Shown here: positions 45,665 through 55,809 of the stretch, piece by piece
How the letters are laid out: each line of letters starts with the position of its first letter
How positions within the stretch are numbered: the first letter of the stretch is position 1
Assembly (NCBI GenBank): GCA_965248705.1
Contig: CBDFJY010000002.1
Span: 1,715,384 to 1,779,383, forward strand
Source: Acidimicrobiia bacterium
GTDB taxonomy: Bacteria; Actinomycetota; Acidimicrobiia; Spongiisociales; ZC4RG35
Reading direction: 5' to 3'
DNA: 64,000 nucleotides
The notes under the pieces: generated by a model
Told to the model about the DNA's origin: nothing
The model's input: only the letters and a program-made list of their open reading frames with translations
Database searches by the model: none
Made by a program: the position numbers and the translations under genes

Positions 45665-46495
45665 ATGCCGCTTCGGGCTTTTGGATCGGATCGTTATGTT
45701 TGTGGGCCTATGAAAGAGATGCGCGAACTCGAGCAGTGGGCCGAGATACTCTTCGAGTCCTATAGGACCGGGGCGGCCATCGAGCCGATGAGCGATGCGG
45801 ACCCATCCCTCGAGGTGGCGGATGCCCATCAGATCCAGAAGATGTTCGCGGAGAAGCTCATTTCCTGGTTGGGCGGGCGGGTGATCGGTTACAAGTTGGG
45901 ATTGACTTCCGAGCCCATGCAAAAGCTGTTGGGGGTGGACACTCCCGACTTCGGGCCGGTGATCTCCACCATGACCCACAACTCGGGCGAGCGGATAGAA
46001 CTCGGGCCGGCGATCGCTCCCAAGGCCGAGGCGGAGATCACTCTGATGATGGGGGAGACCCTGCGAGGGCCGGGGGTCACCGCTCTGGCCGCGGCCCGGG
46101 CAGTGGAGGGGGCGGTGGCTTCCATCGAGGTGGTTGACTCGCGGGTGGCGGACTGGCGGATCAAGCTGGTGGACACCATCGCAGATTTGGGTTCTTCCCG
46201 GGCCGCGGTGTTGAGCGATCGGGTGGTTCCGGTGGACTTCGATCTGCGATTGTGCGGCATGGCCGTCTACCACAACGGTGAGCTGGCCGGAACCGGATCG
46301 GGAGCGGCGTGCATGGGGAGCCCCTTCAACGCCCTGGCCTGGCTTGCCAACGAGTTGGCCCTGTACGACGAAGAGTTGCCGGCGGGATGTTTCGTTCTGA
46401 CCGGCGCTCTCCATGCCGCTTTTGCGGTGAAGCCCGGGGACACGGTGTGGGCGGCCTTCGACCGGCTGGGCTCGGTCTTGGTAAGCTTCGACTGA
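45665..46495 (+). CDS. 2-keto-4-pentenoate hydratase family (MhpD-like) hydratase/decarboxylase
   Basis: 276 aa. GYKLGLTS..MQ..LGVD.PDFG, EAEI.LMM, and the LTGAL tail are colinear with MhpD. The start may be the internal MKEM (about 45707). Confidence 0.75.
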   Translation: MPLRAFGSDRYVCGPMKEMRELEQWAEILFESYRTGAAIEPMSDADPSLEVADAHQIQKMFAEKLISWLGGRVIGYKLGLTSEPMQKLLGVDTPDFGPVISTMTHNSGERIELGPAIAPKAEAEITLMMGETLRGPGVTALAAARAVEGAVASIEVVDSRVADWRIKLVDTIADLGSSRAAVLSDRVVPVDFDLRLCGMAVYHNGELAGTGSGAACMGSPFNALAWLANELALYDEELPAGCFVLTGALHAAFAVKPGDTVWAAFDRLGSVLVSFD

Positions 46496-46517
46496 TTAGC
46501 CGCTACTGGGGACATCG

Positions 46518-46771
46518 ATGCAGGTAGAGGTCACTATCACCAACCCGGCGGGCCTCCACGCCCGCCCGGCCGCCGAGTTCGTCAAACGCGCCAAGGCGTC
46601 TTCTCCAATCTCATCGTCACCGCCAACGACAAGACAGTGAACGCCAAGAGCATGCTGGGAATACTCAAACTGGCCACCACCCAGGGAACCACCATCTCCG
46701 TCGAGGTGGACGGCGACGATGTCGACCAGATCATTGCGGACTTCACTGCCCTGCTTTCTGTGGAGGGCTGA
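46518..46771 (+). pseudogene. ptsH: HPr phosphocarrier protein with a 1-nt deletion
   Basis: MQVEVTITNPAGLHARPAAEFVKRAKA (His motif GLHARPA), then a frame change near 46596-46602. The next frame reads VFSNLIVTANDKTVNAKSMLGILKLATTQGTTISVEVDGDDVDQIIADFTALLSVEG-stop. The span is 254 nt, which is not a multiple of 3. Confidence 0.8.
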
Positions 46772-46957
46772 GGGTTCTTCCACCGATAACTGCAACGATC
46801 CACCACCTTGAACTGCTTGCCTGCACCGGTTCGCAAACTGCGGGAGACATAATCTGGCTACCCCTGGGGTTTTTCTCACCAATCCCCGCCCGTGCCTCGC
46901 TGTCTCTGCACGGCTGGGATCGATGCAAATCTGTCCGGCCCTGATTAGGAAACAGCA

Positions 46958-48013
46958 ATGGACCGAAACATGGGAGTAAAGAAGCGTCATCGCCAGGCAG
47001 TGGCGCTGATGGCAGGCGCGGTGATGTTTTTTTCCACCAATGCTCTCTTTATCAAGCTGACCCTGGGAGACGGTGATCCTTTCCTGTACAACGCCGGGAT
47101 TTGGGTGGGAATGTCGCTGGGACTGGGAGGTGTGTCATTCCTGTTCTACCGTCCGGCTTTTGCCGATCCTGCGGCTCGAAGGGTGCTTTACCGACGGGTG
47201 GCGGGTTTGAAGACCGATGGTGTGCGAAGATGGGATTTGATAGGAATGCTGTGGCTGGGGGTGGTTGGGAGGTTCGCGGTCGCGTTCTTCGCATGGGCTA
47301 CCCAATATGTGGAGGCTGCTACGGTCTCGGTGTTGCATTACACATGGCCCGTCATCTTCATCCTGGGGCTTTCCAGATGGGACCGCTCCAACCGGAGAAG
47401 GTACCGGAGGATCACCACCTTTTCGTGGACGGGATTGGCTCTCTGCTTTGCCGGAATGGCCGCGGTCGTGACAGGGACCCTCGGTTTCGACCTCACCGAA
47501 GCGGGGCTGGTGGGGAGAGTATTCGGGATGGTCCTAGCGGTCATATCGGCCGTTCTCTTGGCCACCAACACTGCTGTGGGCTATCCCATGGGTGATAGTC
47601 TCGCCTCCGAAATCACCGAGAAAACCGACGCCCGCTTGGACGAGCACCGGTTGGAGTTCTGCTGTTTGTTGTTCGTTGGCTGCGTCTCGGGACTGTTAGC
47701 GATTATCCCGAGCCTCATGATCGGATGGGGTGCAGGTGGGCACATCACCCTGGCGTCGTTCGGTTGGGCAGTGGCTGTCGGGGTTAGTTTCGTTCCGGGA
47801 GGGGTGCTTGCCCGAAAGGCAGTTCTGATCACTCCCGACCTGGCGGTGAATGCCCTCATCTACGCATCGCCGGTGGTGGGCCTGGTGTGGCTGGGGTTGT
47901 TCACCGACATCATCGTTGCGCGGTTTGATCTGCTGATAGCAGGTAGCTTGATGGTGGCAGTGGCAAACGTATTGCTGAACAGGCCAAGCGCAGGCGCCGA
48001 TCAGGAGCCTTGA
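46958..48013 (+). CDS. EamA/DMT-family transporter (copy 1)
   Basis: 351 aa, about 10 TM helices. Roughly 75% identical by eye to the ORF at 51861..52946. Confidence 0.75.
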   Translation: MDRNMGVKKRHRQAVALMAGAVMFFSTNALFIKLTLGDGDPFLYNAGIWVGMSLGLGGVSFLFYRPAFADPAARRVLYRRVAGLKTDGVRRWDLIGMLWLGVVGRFAVAFFAWATQYVEAATVSVLHYTWPVIFILGLSRWDRSNRRRYRRITTFSWTGLALCFAGMAAVVTGTLGFDLTEAGLVGRVFGMVLAVISAVLLATNTAVGYPMGDSLASEITEKTDARLDEHRLEFCCLLFVGCVSGLLAIIPSLMIGWGAGGHITLASFGWAVAVGVSFVPGGVLARKAVLITPDLAVNALIYASPVVGLVWLGLFTDIIVARFDLLIAGSLMVAVANVLLNRPSAGADQEP

Positions 48014-48029
48014 CGCCTGATATTTTGTT

Positions 48030-48595
48030 CCGGACTCGAGAGTCGGCAGGTCGACTCCCACCACCGCCGGCAGCCCCATGCCGCGGGCAAAGACCGCTAT
48101 GTGGGAGGTAGCGCTTCCCCCCACCGTGCACAGCCCGAGCGCCATCCCCGGGGGGATAGTGGCCGTCTCGGAGGGGAAACAGTCAGAGGCCACCAGCACT
48201 GAGGGGACCGTCAGGTGATCCCAGGTCTCGAGGGGAAGCCCCAGATATCGATTTCAGCAACTGGGTTCCCACATCGCGGACGTCGGCGGCGCGAGCCGCC
48301 AGGTATTCGTCTTCCAGAGCTTTCAGCATGCCGCCGACTCCTCCGTAACCCGCAGGGCCGCCGCCTCGGCGTAGGGACTCGGTCTCGATGAGCGAACGGA
48401 TTTCGCCGGTGAACTCGGGGGCTTCCAACAAGAGGAGGTGCGCTCCTATGACTTCTGCCTCCTCGGACTCCTCGCCGTGGAGCCGTTGGAGTCCCACCAG
48501 CCGCTCCCGGACGACCGTCTCGCTGCGAGCCACTGCCGCAACTTCTGCGTCGGGATTCTTCACCCGGCGGGGAGCGGGGTAGGGAGGGGGTCCTG
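48030..48595 (-). pseudogene. ptsI: PTS enzyme I fragment (N-terminal HPr-binding plus phospho-His domains only)
   Basis: VIGAHLLLLEAPEFTGEIRSLIE...LEDEYLAARAADVRDVGTQLL (ORF 48183..48563), then a frameshift, then LVASDCFPSETA...GGSATSHIAVFARGMGLPAVVG (ORF 47696..48199). It lacks the first ~22 codons and the whole PEP-utiliser C-terminal domain. Confidence 0.75.
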
Positions 48596-48761
48596 ATTTG
48601 TTACGTCGCCGAAATATCTGGTCCGGGTGGCAATGGCCTCGAAAGGCCTTGTTTGGGTGCCAGTGAAGGAGAACTGGAGAGAATTAAATAGGTCGGGCGT
48701 GGAATAAAACACCGTTGGCGCCTTTAGCTTCCATTCGATCCTTTAGCATGGGGAGCGACCG

Positions 48762-50129
48762 TTGTCATATAGGACATGGTTCTTTGACCATGTTTGGAAG
48801 GAGGTAGGAGTGAAGCAAGGTTTAGACAGCTATTTCAATATTTCAGAGCGGGGTTCCTCGGTAGGCACCGAGGTCCGCGCGGGCATCACCACTTTCCTGG
48901 TGATGGCATACATATTGTTCGTAAATGCCGGGATTCTCAGTTCAGCGGGCCTTGACCCTGTTGCTGTGGCAGCTGGTACGGCGCTGGTAGCCGCCATCAT
49001 GACGATCGCTATGGGTGTTTTCTCTAACTACCCGATCGCCATGGCAGCTGGTCTCGGTCTCAATGCCATAGTCGCCTTTGGTCTGACGGCCGAGGGCCTT
49101 TCGATCCAAGGAGCAATGGGAGTCATTGTCTGGGAAGGCATCCTGGTAACCATTCTCGTTCTGTTGGGTCTGCGGGAAGCCGTGATGGAAGCGATACCGA
49201 CCAGCCTCAAGTATTCGATCGGGGTAGGCATAGGCCTCTTCATCCTGTTCATTGGGTTGCAAAGCGGTGGGTTAGTTCAACAGGGCGGCGCGATTGTCGA
49301 ATTCGTGTTTCCCACTACCGCCGCCCAGGGCGTGACCTTGGTAGGGGTGCTTATCGGAATTGTTCTCTTGGCGCGCAAGGTCAAGGGGGCGATGATCATC
49401 ACCATCGTGGCCACTACCATCGTGGCTCTGATTGCAGGGGTTGCCAGTGTGCCGGATACTATTTCGGCATCCGTGAGCTTCGAGACCTTTGGGAACTTTG
49501 ACTTGGGTAACTCGTTTGCGGAGCTTGGTTTCCTTTCGGCGATCTTGACGATCTTCACTCTGATGCTTACCGACTTCTTCGACACGATGGGCACCGCGAC
49601 TGCCATTGTCGAGCAAGCGGAGTTGACCGATGATGAAGGTCGGATCCCTCGCCTTCGAAGCCTGCTGTTGGTGGACTCGCTTGGTGCTGCGATCGGCGGA
49701 GTGTTCGGGGTTAGCTCGAACACCAGCTATATCGAGAGCTCGGCAGGGGTAGCAGAAGGAGGAAAGACCGGACTCACGTCCGTGGTCACGGGGATACTGT
49801 TCCTGATCGCCATTGTCCTGTCGCCTCTGGCTGGGATTGTCCCGGCACAGGCGACTGCGCCGGTGCTGGTCCTGATCGGTTTTCTCATGGTTGGGCTGCT
49901 CAAGCACATCGACTTCACGGACCTGGAAGAAGGATTGCCGGCTCTGCTGGCGATCATCCTCATGCCGTTGGCATTCTCGATAACAGTGGGAATTGCGGCC
50001 GGGTTTGTGTCACACACGCTGATCAAGGTGGTGAAAGGCAAGTCGGGTGAGATTCATGTCTTGATGTGGATAGTCTCGATTGCCAGCCTGATCTACTTTG
50101 CCAGCGATTGGATCGAAATGTTCCTGTAA
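48762..50129 (+). CDS. NCS2-family purine permease (AzgA/PbuG-like adenine/guanine/hypoxanthine)
   Basis: 455 aa. LDSYFNISERGSSVGTEVRAGITTFLVMAYILFVNAGIL is the family N-terminus. The likely start is the in-frame GTG near 48810. Confidence 0.85.
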   Translation: MSYRTWFFDHVWKEVGVKQGLDSYFNISERGSSVGTEVRAGITTFLVMAYILFVNAGILSSAGLDPVAVAAGTALVAAIMTIAMGVFSNYPIAMAAGLGLNAIVAFGLTAEGLSIQGAMGVIVWEGILVTILVLLGLREAVMEAIPTSLKYSIGVGIGLFILFIGLQSGGLVQQGGAIVEFVFPTTAAQGVTLVGVLIGIVLLARKVKGAMIITIVATTIVALIAGVASVPDTISASVSFETFGNFDLGNSFAELGFLSAILTIFTLMLTDFFDTMGTATAIVEQAELTDDEGRIPRLRSLLLVDSLGAAIGGVFGVSSNTSYIESSAGVAEGGKTGLTSVVTGILFLIAIVLSPLAGIVPAQATAPVLVLIGFLMVGLLKHIDFTDLEEGLPALLAIILMPLAFSITVGIAAGFVSHTLIKVVKGKSGEIHVLMWIVSIASLIYFASDWIEMFL

Positions 50130-50149
50130 CCCGCCTAATAGCTGTATGT

Positions 50150-50183
50150 ACGAGAGAGCGCCACTTGGCGCTCTCTCGTCTTT
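50150..50183 (+). terminator. Rho-independent terminator-like hairpin after the permease gene
   Basis: 13-bp perfect stem acgagagagcgcc-actt-ggcgctctctcgt, followed by cttt. It lies 20 nt after the stop. Confidence 0.6.
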
Positions 50184-50258
50184 AACCGACCATGTTCCCA
50201 CCACGATCTCTTGACTAACGTTTTGCAAACAAGAGACCCGTCCAAAGAGAGCCTAGGT

Positions 50259-51257
50259 ATGGAGAGTTTCGTTCGGGGCCTACCGAAGACCGAGTTGCAT
50301 ATTCATATCGAGGGGACGCTGGAACCGGAGATGATGTTCGAGATGGGGAAGCGCAACGATGTGGTGCTGCCGTTCAGGTCTGTCGAGGAGGTAAGAGCGG
50401 CTTACCAGTTCGGTGATCTCCAGTCCTTCCTTGACATTTATTACCAGGCTGCCGCGGTACTGCAAACCGAGGACGACTTCGCCCAGTTGATGACGGCCTA
50501 TCTGGCGAGGGCGGCGTCTGACGGGGTGCGTCATGCGGAGATCTTCTTCGATCCTCAGACACACACCGAGCGAGGGATCGATATCGGGACGGTGATCCGA
50601 GGATTAGCGCGCGGGCAGCAAGAGGCGGCGGAGGTTTCCTCGACCCTGATCCTGTGTTTCCTCCGTCATCTCCCGCCTGAATCGGCTATCGAGGTGTTCG
50701 AGGAAACCCGACCTTTTCTTGGTCACATCCAGGGGGTAGGGCTCGATTCGGGCGAGTTGGGTAATCCCCCTGAGCTGTTCGCCGAGCCCTACCGCCTGGC
50801 TGTAGAGGCAGGGTTGCGACCAGTGGCCCACGCCGGCGAGGAGGGTCCGGCGGAGTATGTCCGGTCGGCTCTCGATGTACTGGGAGTGGAACGGATCGAC
50901 CATGGGGTGCGGGCCGGGGACGACCCGACCTTGGTGGAGCGGTTGGTCAGAGAGCAGATTCCCCTAACCATCTGTCCTCTGTCCAACCAAAAGCTCCAGG
51001 TGTTTCCCGACCTCCGCCACCACAATCTCAAGGAACTGATGGATGCCGGAGTGCTGGTCACTGTCAACTCGGACGATCCTGCCTACTTCGGTGGCTACGT
51101 CGGGGACAACTACCTCAGCATCGCTTCGGCCCTGGATCTCTCCCGCCATGATCTGGTACGACTAGCCCGCAATTCGGTCACCGCTTCTTTCCTGCCCGAG
51201 GATCGGAAAGCGACTCTCCAGCAGGAGATCACAGAATACGTCGCCTCCGTTCTCTAG
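50259..51257 (+). CDS. add: Adenosine/adenine deaminase
   Basis: LPKTELHIHIEGTLEPEMMFEM, HAGEEGP and VNSDDPAYFGG motifs. Start taken at ATG 50259. Confidence 0.85.
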   Translation: MESFVRGLPKTELHIHIEGTLEPEMMFEMGKRNDVVLPFRSVEEVRAAYQFGDLQSFLDIYYQAAAVLQTEDDFAQLMTAYLARAASDGVRHAEIFFDPQTHTERGIDIGTVIRGLARGQQEAAEVSSTLILCFLRHLPPESAIEVFEETRPFLGHIQGVGLDSGELGNPPELFAEPYRLAVEAGLRPVAHAGEEGPAEYVRSALDVLGVERIDHGVRAGDDPTLVERLVREQIPLTICPLSNQKLQVFPDLRHHNLKELMDAGVLVTVNSDDPAYFGGYVGDNYLSIASALDLSRHDLVRLARNSVTASFLPEDRKATLQQEITEYVASVL

Positions 51258-51303
51258 GGCTGGGAACTGAACGAACCACCATTGTCTGAAGAAAGCCTGA
51301 GTC

Positions 51304-51612
51304 GTGAGGGTGCTCGTTCTTTCCGATCGCCACTTAGATGCTCCGTTTGCCGGGAGAGGTCCCAGGTTGGCTCGATTGCGACGTGCCGAGTTAAGAAACA
51401 CCCTAAGCAGGATTGTCCGATTGGCCGGGAAACTAGAGGTGGATGTTCTAATGTGTGCTGGGGACCTATACGAGAGGTGGCCTGTTCCTGGGGAGAAGCG
51501 GCTGAAGCACATGTTTGCCGTTGGTGGTTGTTTGTTCCGCCATCCCGTGAGATTTGCTGGAATGATTGGAGCGCCGTCAAAGGCTGGTCTTAGGGTGGCC
51601 AACGGTTCATAA
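51304..51612 (+). pseudogene. N-terminal fragment of a calcineurin-like metallophosphoesterase (SbcD/Mre11-like)
   Basis: VRVLVLSDRHLD...VDVLMCAGDLYE matches metallophosphoesterase motifs I-II. The ORF ends after 102 codons without motifs III-V. Confidence 0.45.
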
Positions 51613-51860
51613 GCGTTCATCAAGACCCCCTTTGGTAAAGTTGTCAGGCAGATGTTTCTGCTCGCGAGGGTTCACCCAACTGGGAGTTCTCGCTCCGCAG
51701 GTGGTCAGCACCTGCACTCAACGGGCCCGAGCCGCCTTGGGGGAACCATTGACCCGGCCTCGTGCTCCCGGTTTCCCCCCACAAACGTCACCTTTCCCAT
51801 TCTGTCTCTGCAGAACCGCCGGAGGGAAAGGGGCCGGTTCCGGCCTGAATGCGGACAGCA

Positions 51861-52946
51861 ATGGATAGAAACATGGAAATGAATAGGCTTCATCGCCAGG
51901 CAGTGGCGCTGATGGCAGCCGGGGTGATGTTTTTCTCCACCAATGCGCTCTTCGTGGAGTTGACATTCGGAGACAATCATCCTTTTTTGTACAACGCAGC
52001 GGTGTGGGTGGGAACATCGCTGGGACTGGGGGGTGTGTTGTTCCTGTTTCACCGGCCGGTTTTCGCGGATCCCGTAAGTCGAAGGGTGCTCTTCCGACGG
52101 GTCGCGGGGTTGAAAACCGACGGTGTTCGCAGATGGGACCTGTTGGTAATGCTGTTGTTGATGGTGGTCGGGCGGTTCGCGTTCGCGTTTTTCGGATGGG
52201 CCACCCACTATGTGGACACCGCTACGGTCTCGGTATTGCACTATACGTGGCCCGTCTTATTTGTCCTGGTCCTTTCCAGATGGGACCGGACCAACCGGGG
52301 AAGGTACCGAAGGGTTACCGCCTTCTCGTGGACAGGGTTGGGTTTGGCATTCGTTGGAATGGCGGCGGTGGTGATGGGAACCCTGGGTTTCGACGCTGTC
52401 GGGGCGGCGCTGCTCGGAAGTGTATTCGGGATGATCCTGGCGGTCATATCCGCCATTCTCCAGGCTGGCATCGGCGCTCTTGGCTTTCCCTTTGCTGAGG
52501 GTGTCGCTTCAGAAATCACCCACAAGACCGACGCTTGCCTGGACTGGCACAACTTGGAGTTCGGCTGTCTGTTGTTCGTCTACTGCGTTTCGGGACTGTT
52601 GGCGATCGTTCCGAACGCCATTATCGGGTTGGCCACAGGAGGGCGCATCTCCCTGGAGTCGTTCGGTTGGGCAGTGGCTGTTGGGTTTAGCTTCGTTCCC
52701 GGGGCGGTGCTTGCCCGCAAGGCCGTCCTGATCACTCCCGATCTGGCTGTCAATGCCCTCATTTACGCATCGCCGGTAGTGGGTCTGCTGTGGCTGGGGT
52801 TGTTCACCGATATCGCCGTTGCCCGGCTTGATCTCCTGATAGCAGGAGCCCTCACCGTAGCAGCAGCAAACGTGTTGCTGAACAGGCCCCACGCCCCCGC
52901 CGATCGGGTACCGAAACGGCTGAAGCTGCCCACCGCCCCCCGTTGA
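51861..52946 (+). CDS. EamA/DMT-family transporter (copy 2)
   Basis: Paralogue of 46958..48013. Start chosen at MDRNM by analogy; the ORF opens at 51849. Confidence 0.75.
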   Translation: MDRNMEMNRLHRQAVALMAAGVMFFSTNALFVELTFGDNHPFLYNAAVWVGTSLGLGGVLFLFHRPVFADPVSRRVLFRRVAGLKTDGVRRWDLLVMLLLMVVGRFAFAFFGWATHYVDTATVSVLHYTWPVLFVLVLSRWDRTNRGRYRRVTAFSWTGLGLAFVGMAAVVMGTLGFDAVGAALLGSVFGMILAVISAILQAGIGALGFPFAEGVASEITHKTDACLDWHNLEFGCLLFVYCVSGLLAIVPNAIIGLATGGRISLESFGWAVAVGFSFVPGAVLARKAVLITPDLAVNALIYASPVVGLLWLGLFTDIAVARLDLLIAGALTVAAANVLLNRPHAPADRVPKRLKLPTAPR

Positions 52947-52999
52947 GGCAACAGCCCTTGTCGGGAGACAGCACCCCCATCAGGAGATGTCGACAAGAC

Positions 53000-53293
53000 T
53001 CAAATGTGGTCTATGGCGAAGCGTCTCCACCGATTCCGGGGTGTTGACCATTCCACCTTAACCCCGACAACTATGGCGTGGCGCGGCCCCTGGGAGAGCC
53101 AGGAGGCCAACTCTTCCAGCCGACTTCGGCTGCCTTCTGCCACCACCTTCACAGTTCCGTCCAACTGGTTGGAGACTCGTCCTGAGATTCCCAGTTCCCC
53201 GGCGAGAGTGAATACCGCCCAGCGGAATCCCACCCCCTGCACCCGTCCCCGTACCACCGCCTCCAAGCGCGCCTGATCAGAGGGGTTGCTCAC
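53000..53293 (-). CDS. acyP: Acylphosphatase
   Basis: VRGRVQGVGFRW signature. About 97 aa from GTG 53293. Confidence 0.75.
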   Translation of the reverse strand: MSNPSDQARLEAVVRGRVQGVGFRWAVFTLAGELGISGRVSNQLDGTVKVVAEGSRSRLEELASWLSQGPRHAIVVGVKVEWSTPRNRWRRFAIDHI

Positions 53294-53300
53294 AATCCGC

Positions 53301-53962
53301 TCACCACCTGTCGCACCTCTGCCCGTCAGAAGCCTCCAGGCATCGGGCCGCCAACTGCCGGCATTCATCCATGCTCAAAGAGCGGCCCCTCTCCTCGGTG
53401 GTGGGAACCGAGGGGAATGGCAACCGACAGGTCGGTGGACCCCCAGCCCGATCAGCATGGGGACCGCCAAGGGATCGCCGGCCATCGCCCCGCACACCCC
53501 CACCCAGCGACCATGGGCCTCCGCGGCGGTGACGGTCTCGGCGATAAGACGGAGCACGGCGGGGCCGAAGGGATCGGCGCGGTGGACCACTTCCCGGTTG
53601 GTGCGATCGACGGCCGGCGTGTACTGGGTGAGATCGTTGGTCCCGATGGAAAAGAGTCGCAGGGTGGCCGCCTCGGTGCGCAGGGACTCGGTTTCGATCT
53701 GTGAGCGAATTTCGCCGGTGAACTCGGGTTTTCCAACAGGACAAGGTGCGCTCCTATGACTCTGTCTCCTCGATTTTTTCGCCGTGGAGCCGTTGGAGGC
53801 CCATCAGCTGTTCCGTACGAGCGTCTCGCTCCGGGCCGGTTTCCCAACTTCAGCGCCGGGATGCCCCACCCGGCGGGGAGCGATATCGGGGAGGTTGGAG
53901 GCGTGCAGATAGATGGGACCGATGACGATTCCCGGCGAGGGGCCGATCCCGGCCCGTGCCAT
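53301..53962 (-). pseudogene. ptsI: PTS enzyme I remnant: true N-terminus fused to the C-terminal ~90 aa, with frameshifts
   Basis: The ATG (53962-53960) overlaps the upstream stop (ATGA). MARAGIGPSPGIVIGPIYL...VIGAHLVLLENPEFTGEIRSQIETESLR joins directly to ..LFSIGTNDLTQYT.AVDRTNREV...GRWVGVCGAMAGDPLAVPMLIGLG.. and the tail SVPTTEERGRSL... About 660 nt remain of the roughly 1.7 kb expected. Confidence 0.75.
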
Positions 53963-55251
53963 CACGGCAGTACCCCGGTCAGCGAATCTTGGAGGCGTCG
54001 CAGTGACACTATGTTCAGGGACTCCTCCAACTCAACATCACGGTAGGTGAGGGGATCACCGACCGCCACCGGAGATGTAACCACTGCGCCCGGCGCCAGT
54101 CCCACCGGCAGAAATCGCTCCGATGCTGCGGTCCTGGCCTCTTCGATCATGCCGTACACACAGTAGCCCCCCAGGTCGTCGATGGTCTCTCCCGCCGCCA
54201 GGTTTCGTTTGGCGAAGACCACCGTTTCGGCGGTAGGCGAGTGGTCGGTGGCCAGGGTGGTCTCTTTGAACAGCACCGCCCGGGCGATGGAGATGGGGGT
54301 CTCCAGGTTGGCCAGATGGTAGGGGCGATAGAGGGCATAGTAGGGCCCCGGGCCCATGGAGAGATAGCCGAGGTCGCGGATGAGCTTGGGATGGTCGGTG
54401 GTGAACACCACGAAAACCCCCGGGGCGATTCCCAACCCGTAGTCCACGCGGCCCCTCTCGGAGAGCACTCCGCCGTCGGCAATCGGAATGTAAGTGGATG
54501 CAATCGTCTCGGTGGTGACCGCCGGCCCGTGCATTCCCCGCACATCGGGAACGAAGCCTATGCCGTTGGCGAGAGAGGTCATTTCCACCATGGTCTTGGT
54601 ACCGTCGACGAAGGAGGCGAGCATCTTGGGGTTCATACGCCGCTTTCGGGCGAGTTCTGCCACCGTCTGGGGAGTGGCCGCCCGATCCAGCCGGTTGTTC
54701 TTGCCCTTGCCAGCGCTCACCACCTCAAGGCCCAGGCTGGCGCCGAAGTCGTAGAGCCCCATGATCGCCCCCGGCTCGTCACCTCCCGAAAGGGTGTAGA
54801 CCACTCCGGCCTCTTCCGCCATCCTGCGCAAGATGTATCCCACCGTGGCGTCGGTCTCCACATTCATCTGGAGGACGTGCTTCCCGGCCTCGATGGCCCA
54901 ACGCGCCACCCGGGCGCCCACATCGGGTATTCCGGTCGCCTCCACCGCGATGTCAACCGGGGAACACCACGCCAGAGAGAGATTGGAAGTGGCCACCCGC
55001 CGCCCGTCGGAGAGTGCGATGACCGCCTGGTCGGGGTCGTCGGTCTCCACCACCTGGGAGAGAGGCGTGCCCGCCGAACGTAGCACCTTGACAGCCCGAC
55101 CCGGCACTGCGTCGACCACTACGCTTGCCTCGACGCCCGCCATTCTCTCGAGTATCACCACCAGCCCCTCTCCCATCTGTCCTGCCCCCACCAGACCCAC
55201 CCGGATCTTTCGACCCTTCCTCTCCAGATCCTCCAATTGGCGATGAAGCAT
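53962..55251 (-). CDS. NAD(P)-binding oxidoreductase with C-terminal SAF domain (COG4091-like)
   Basis: 430 aa from ATG 55251. IRVGLVGAGQMG Rossmann motif. The long conserved body ends in a SAF-like segment (AAGETIDDLGGY). Confidence 0.6.
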   Translation of the reverse strand: MLHRQLEDLERKGRKIRVGLVGAGQMGEGLVVILERMAGVEASVVVDAVPGRAVKVLRSAGTPLSQVVETDDPDQAVIALSDGRRVATSNLSLAWCSPVDIAVEATGIPDVGARVARWAIEAGKHVLQMNVETDATVGYILRRMAEEAGVVYTLSGGDEPGAIMGLYDFGASLGLEVVSAGKGKNNRLDRAATPQTVAELARKRRMNPKMLASFVDGTKTMVEMTSLANGIGFVPDVRGMHGPAVTTETIASTYIPIADGGVLSERGRVDYGLGIAPGVFVVFTTDHPKLIRDLGYLSMGPGPYYALYRPYHLANLETPISIARAVLFKETTLATDHSPTAETVVFAKRNLAAGETIDDLGGYCVYGMIEEARTAASERFLPVGLAPGAVVTSPVAVGDPLTYRDVELEESLNIVSLRRLQDSLTGVLP

Positions 55252-55460
55252 CAAGAGAAGCCGTCCCGAAACGTCGCGAAGAACCGGCGATGAGTCAGTC
55301 CGTTGCCGGCCACCACGAACGGCGTTCGCGTGCCGACCGGATGACCGGCCTGATCGGTGACCGTCCCTCCGGCTTCCATCACCATGAGCACCCCCGCTCC
55401 CATGTCCCAGGGTGAGAGATCTTTCTCCCAGTAGCTGTCCAGCTTCCCGGATGACCGATA
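55251..55460 (-). pseudogene. C-terminal fragment of an inositol-monophosphatase-family protein
   Basis: GKLDSYWEKDLSPWDMGAGVLMVMEAGGTVTDQAGHPV matches the IMPase C-terminal WD-x-AAG...EAGG motif. Less than 190 codons of space remain before mtlD, and I recognise no N-terminal motifs. Confidence 0.5.
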
Positions 55461-55809
55461 TCGGTAACCGGGTCGGCGTCCGCATCGAAGAACACATCCG
55501 GCGCGCTTTCCAATCCTGCTGCCACCACCTCCGCTCCCGCTCGAGCCGGCGTTGGCGCCAGTTCGAGGTCCGAGGTCGGAGAGAGCCTGGCCAGATGCTC
55601 TGTCACACCCCTTGTATTTGTGTTCATAAACCATGGTGATGCTAACCCCTGAGCCTGAGAGGGAGTTCCGCCGCCGCTGGCATGCCGCCCACCTCCGCGC
55701 GACCTTGAGCAAGACGCCGGAGCTATCGAGTGGCAGAGAGCTTTTCGACTATTGCCTGCCGGAGTTGGTCTTGTGTCAGTCGAAACATGTTTCACCTGCG
55801 TGCCGTCGG

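Noticed and set aside
48600-48810. Possible purine riboswitch upstream of the AzgA-type purine permease
   Set aside because: I looked for the conserved purine-aptamer elements as I recall them (P1 with UAUAAU-type junction, paired L2/L3 loops, CCGACUA-type J3-1) and did not find them. Only small generic hairpins are present. A covariance-model scan would be needed to be certain.
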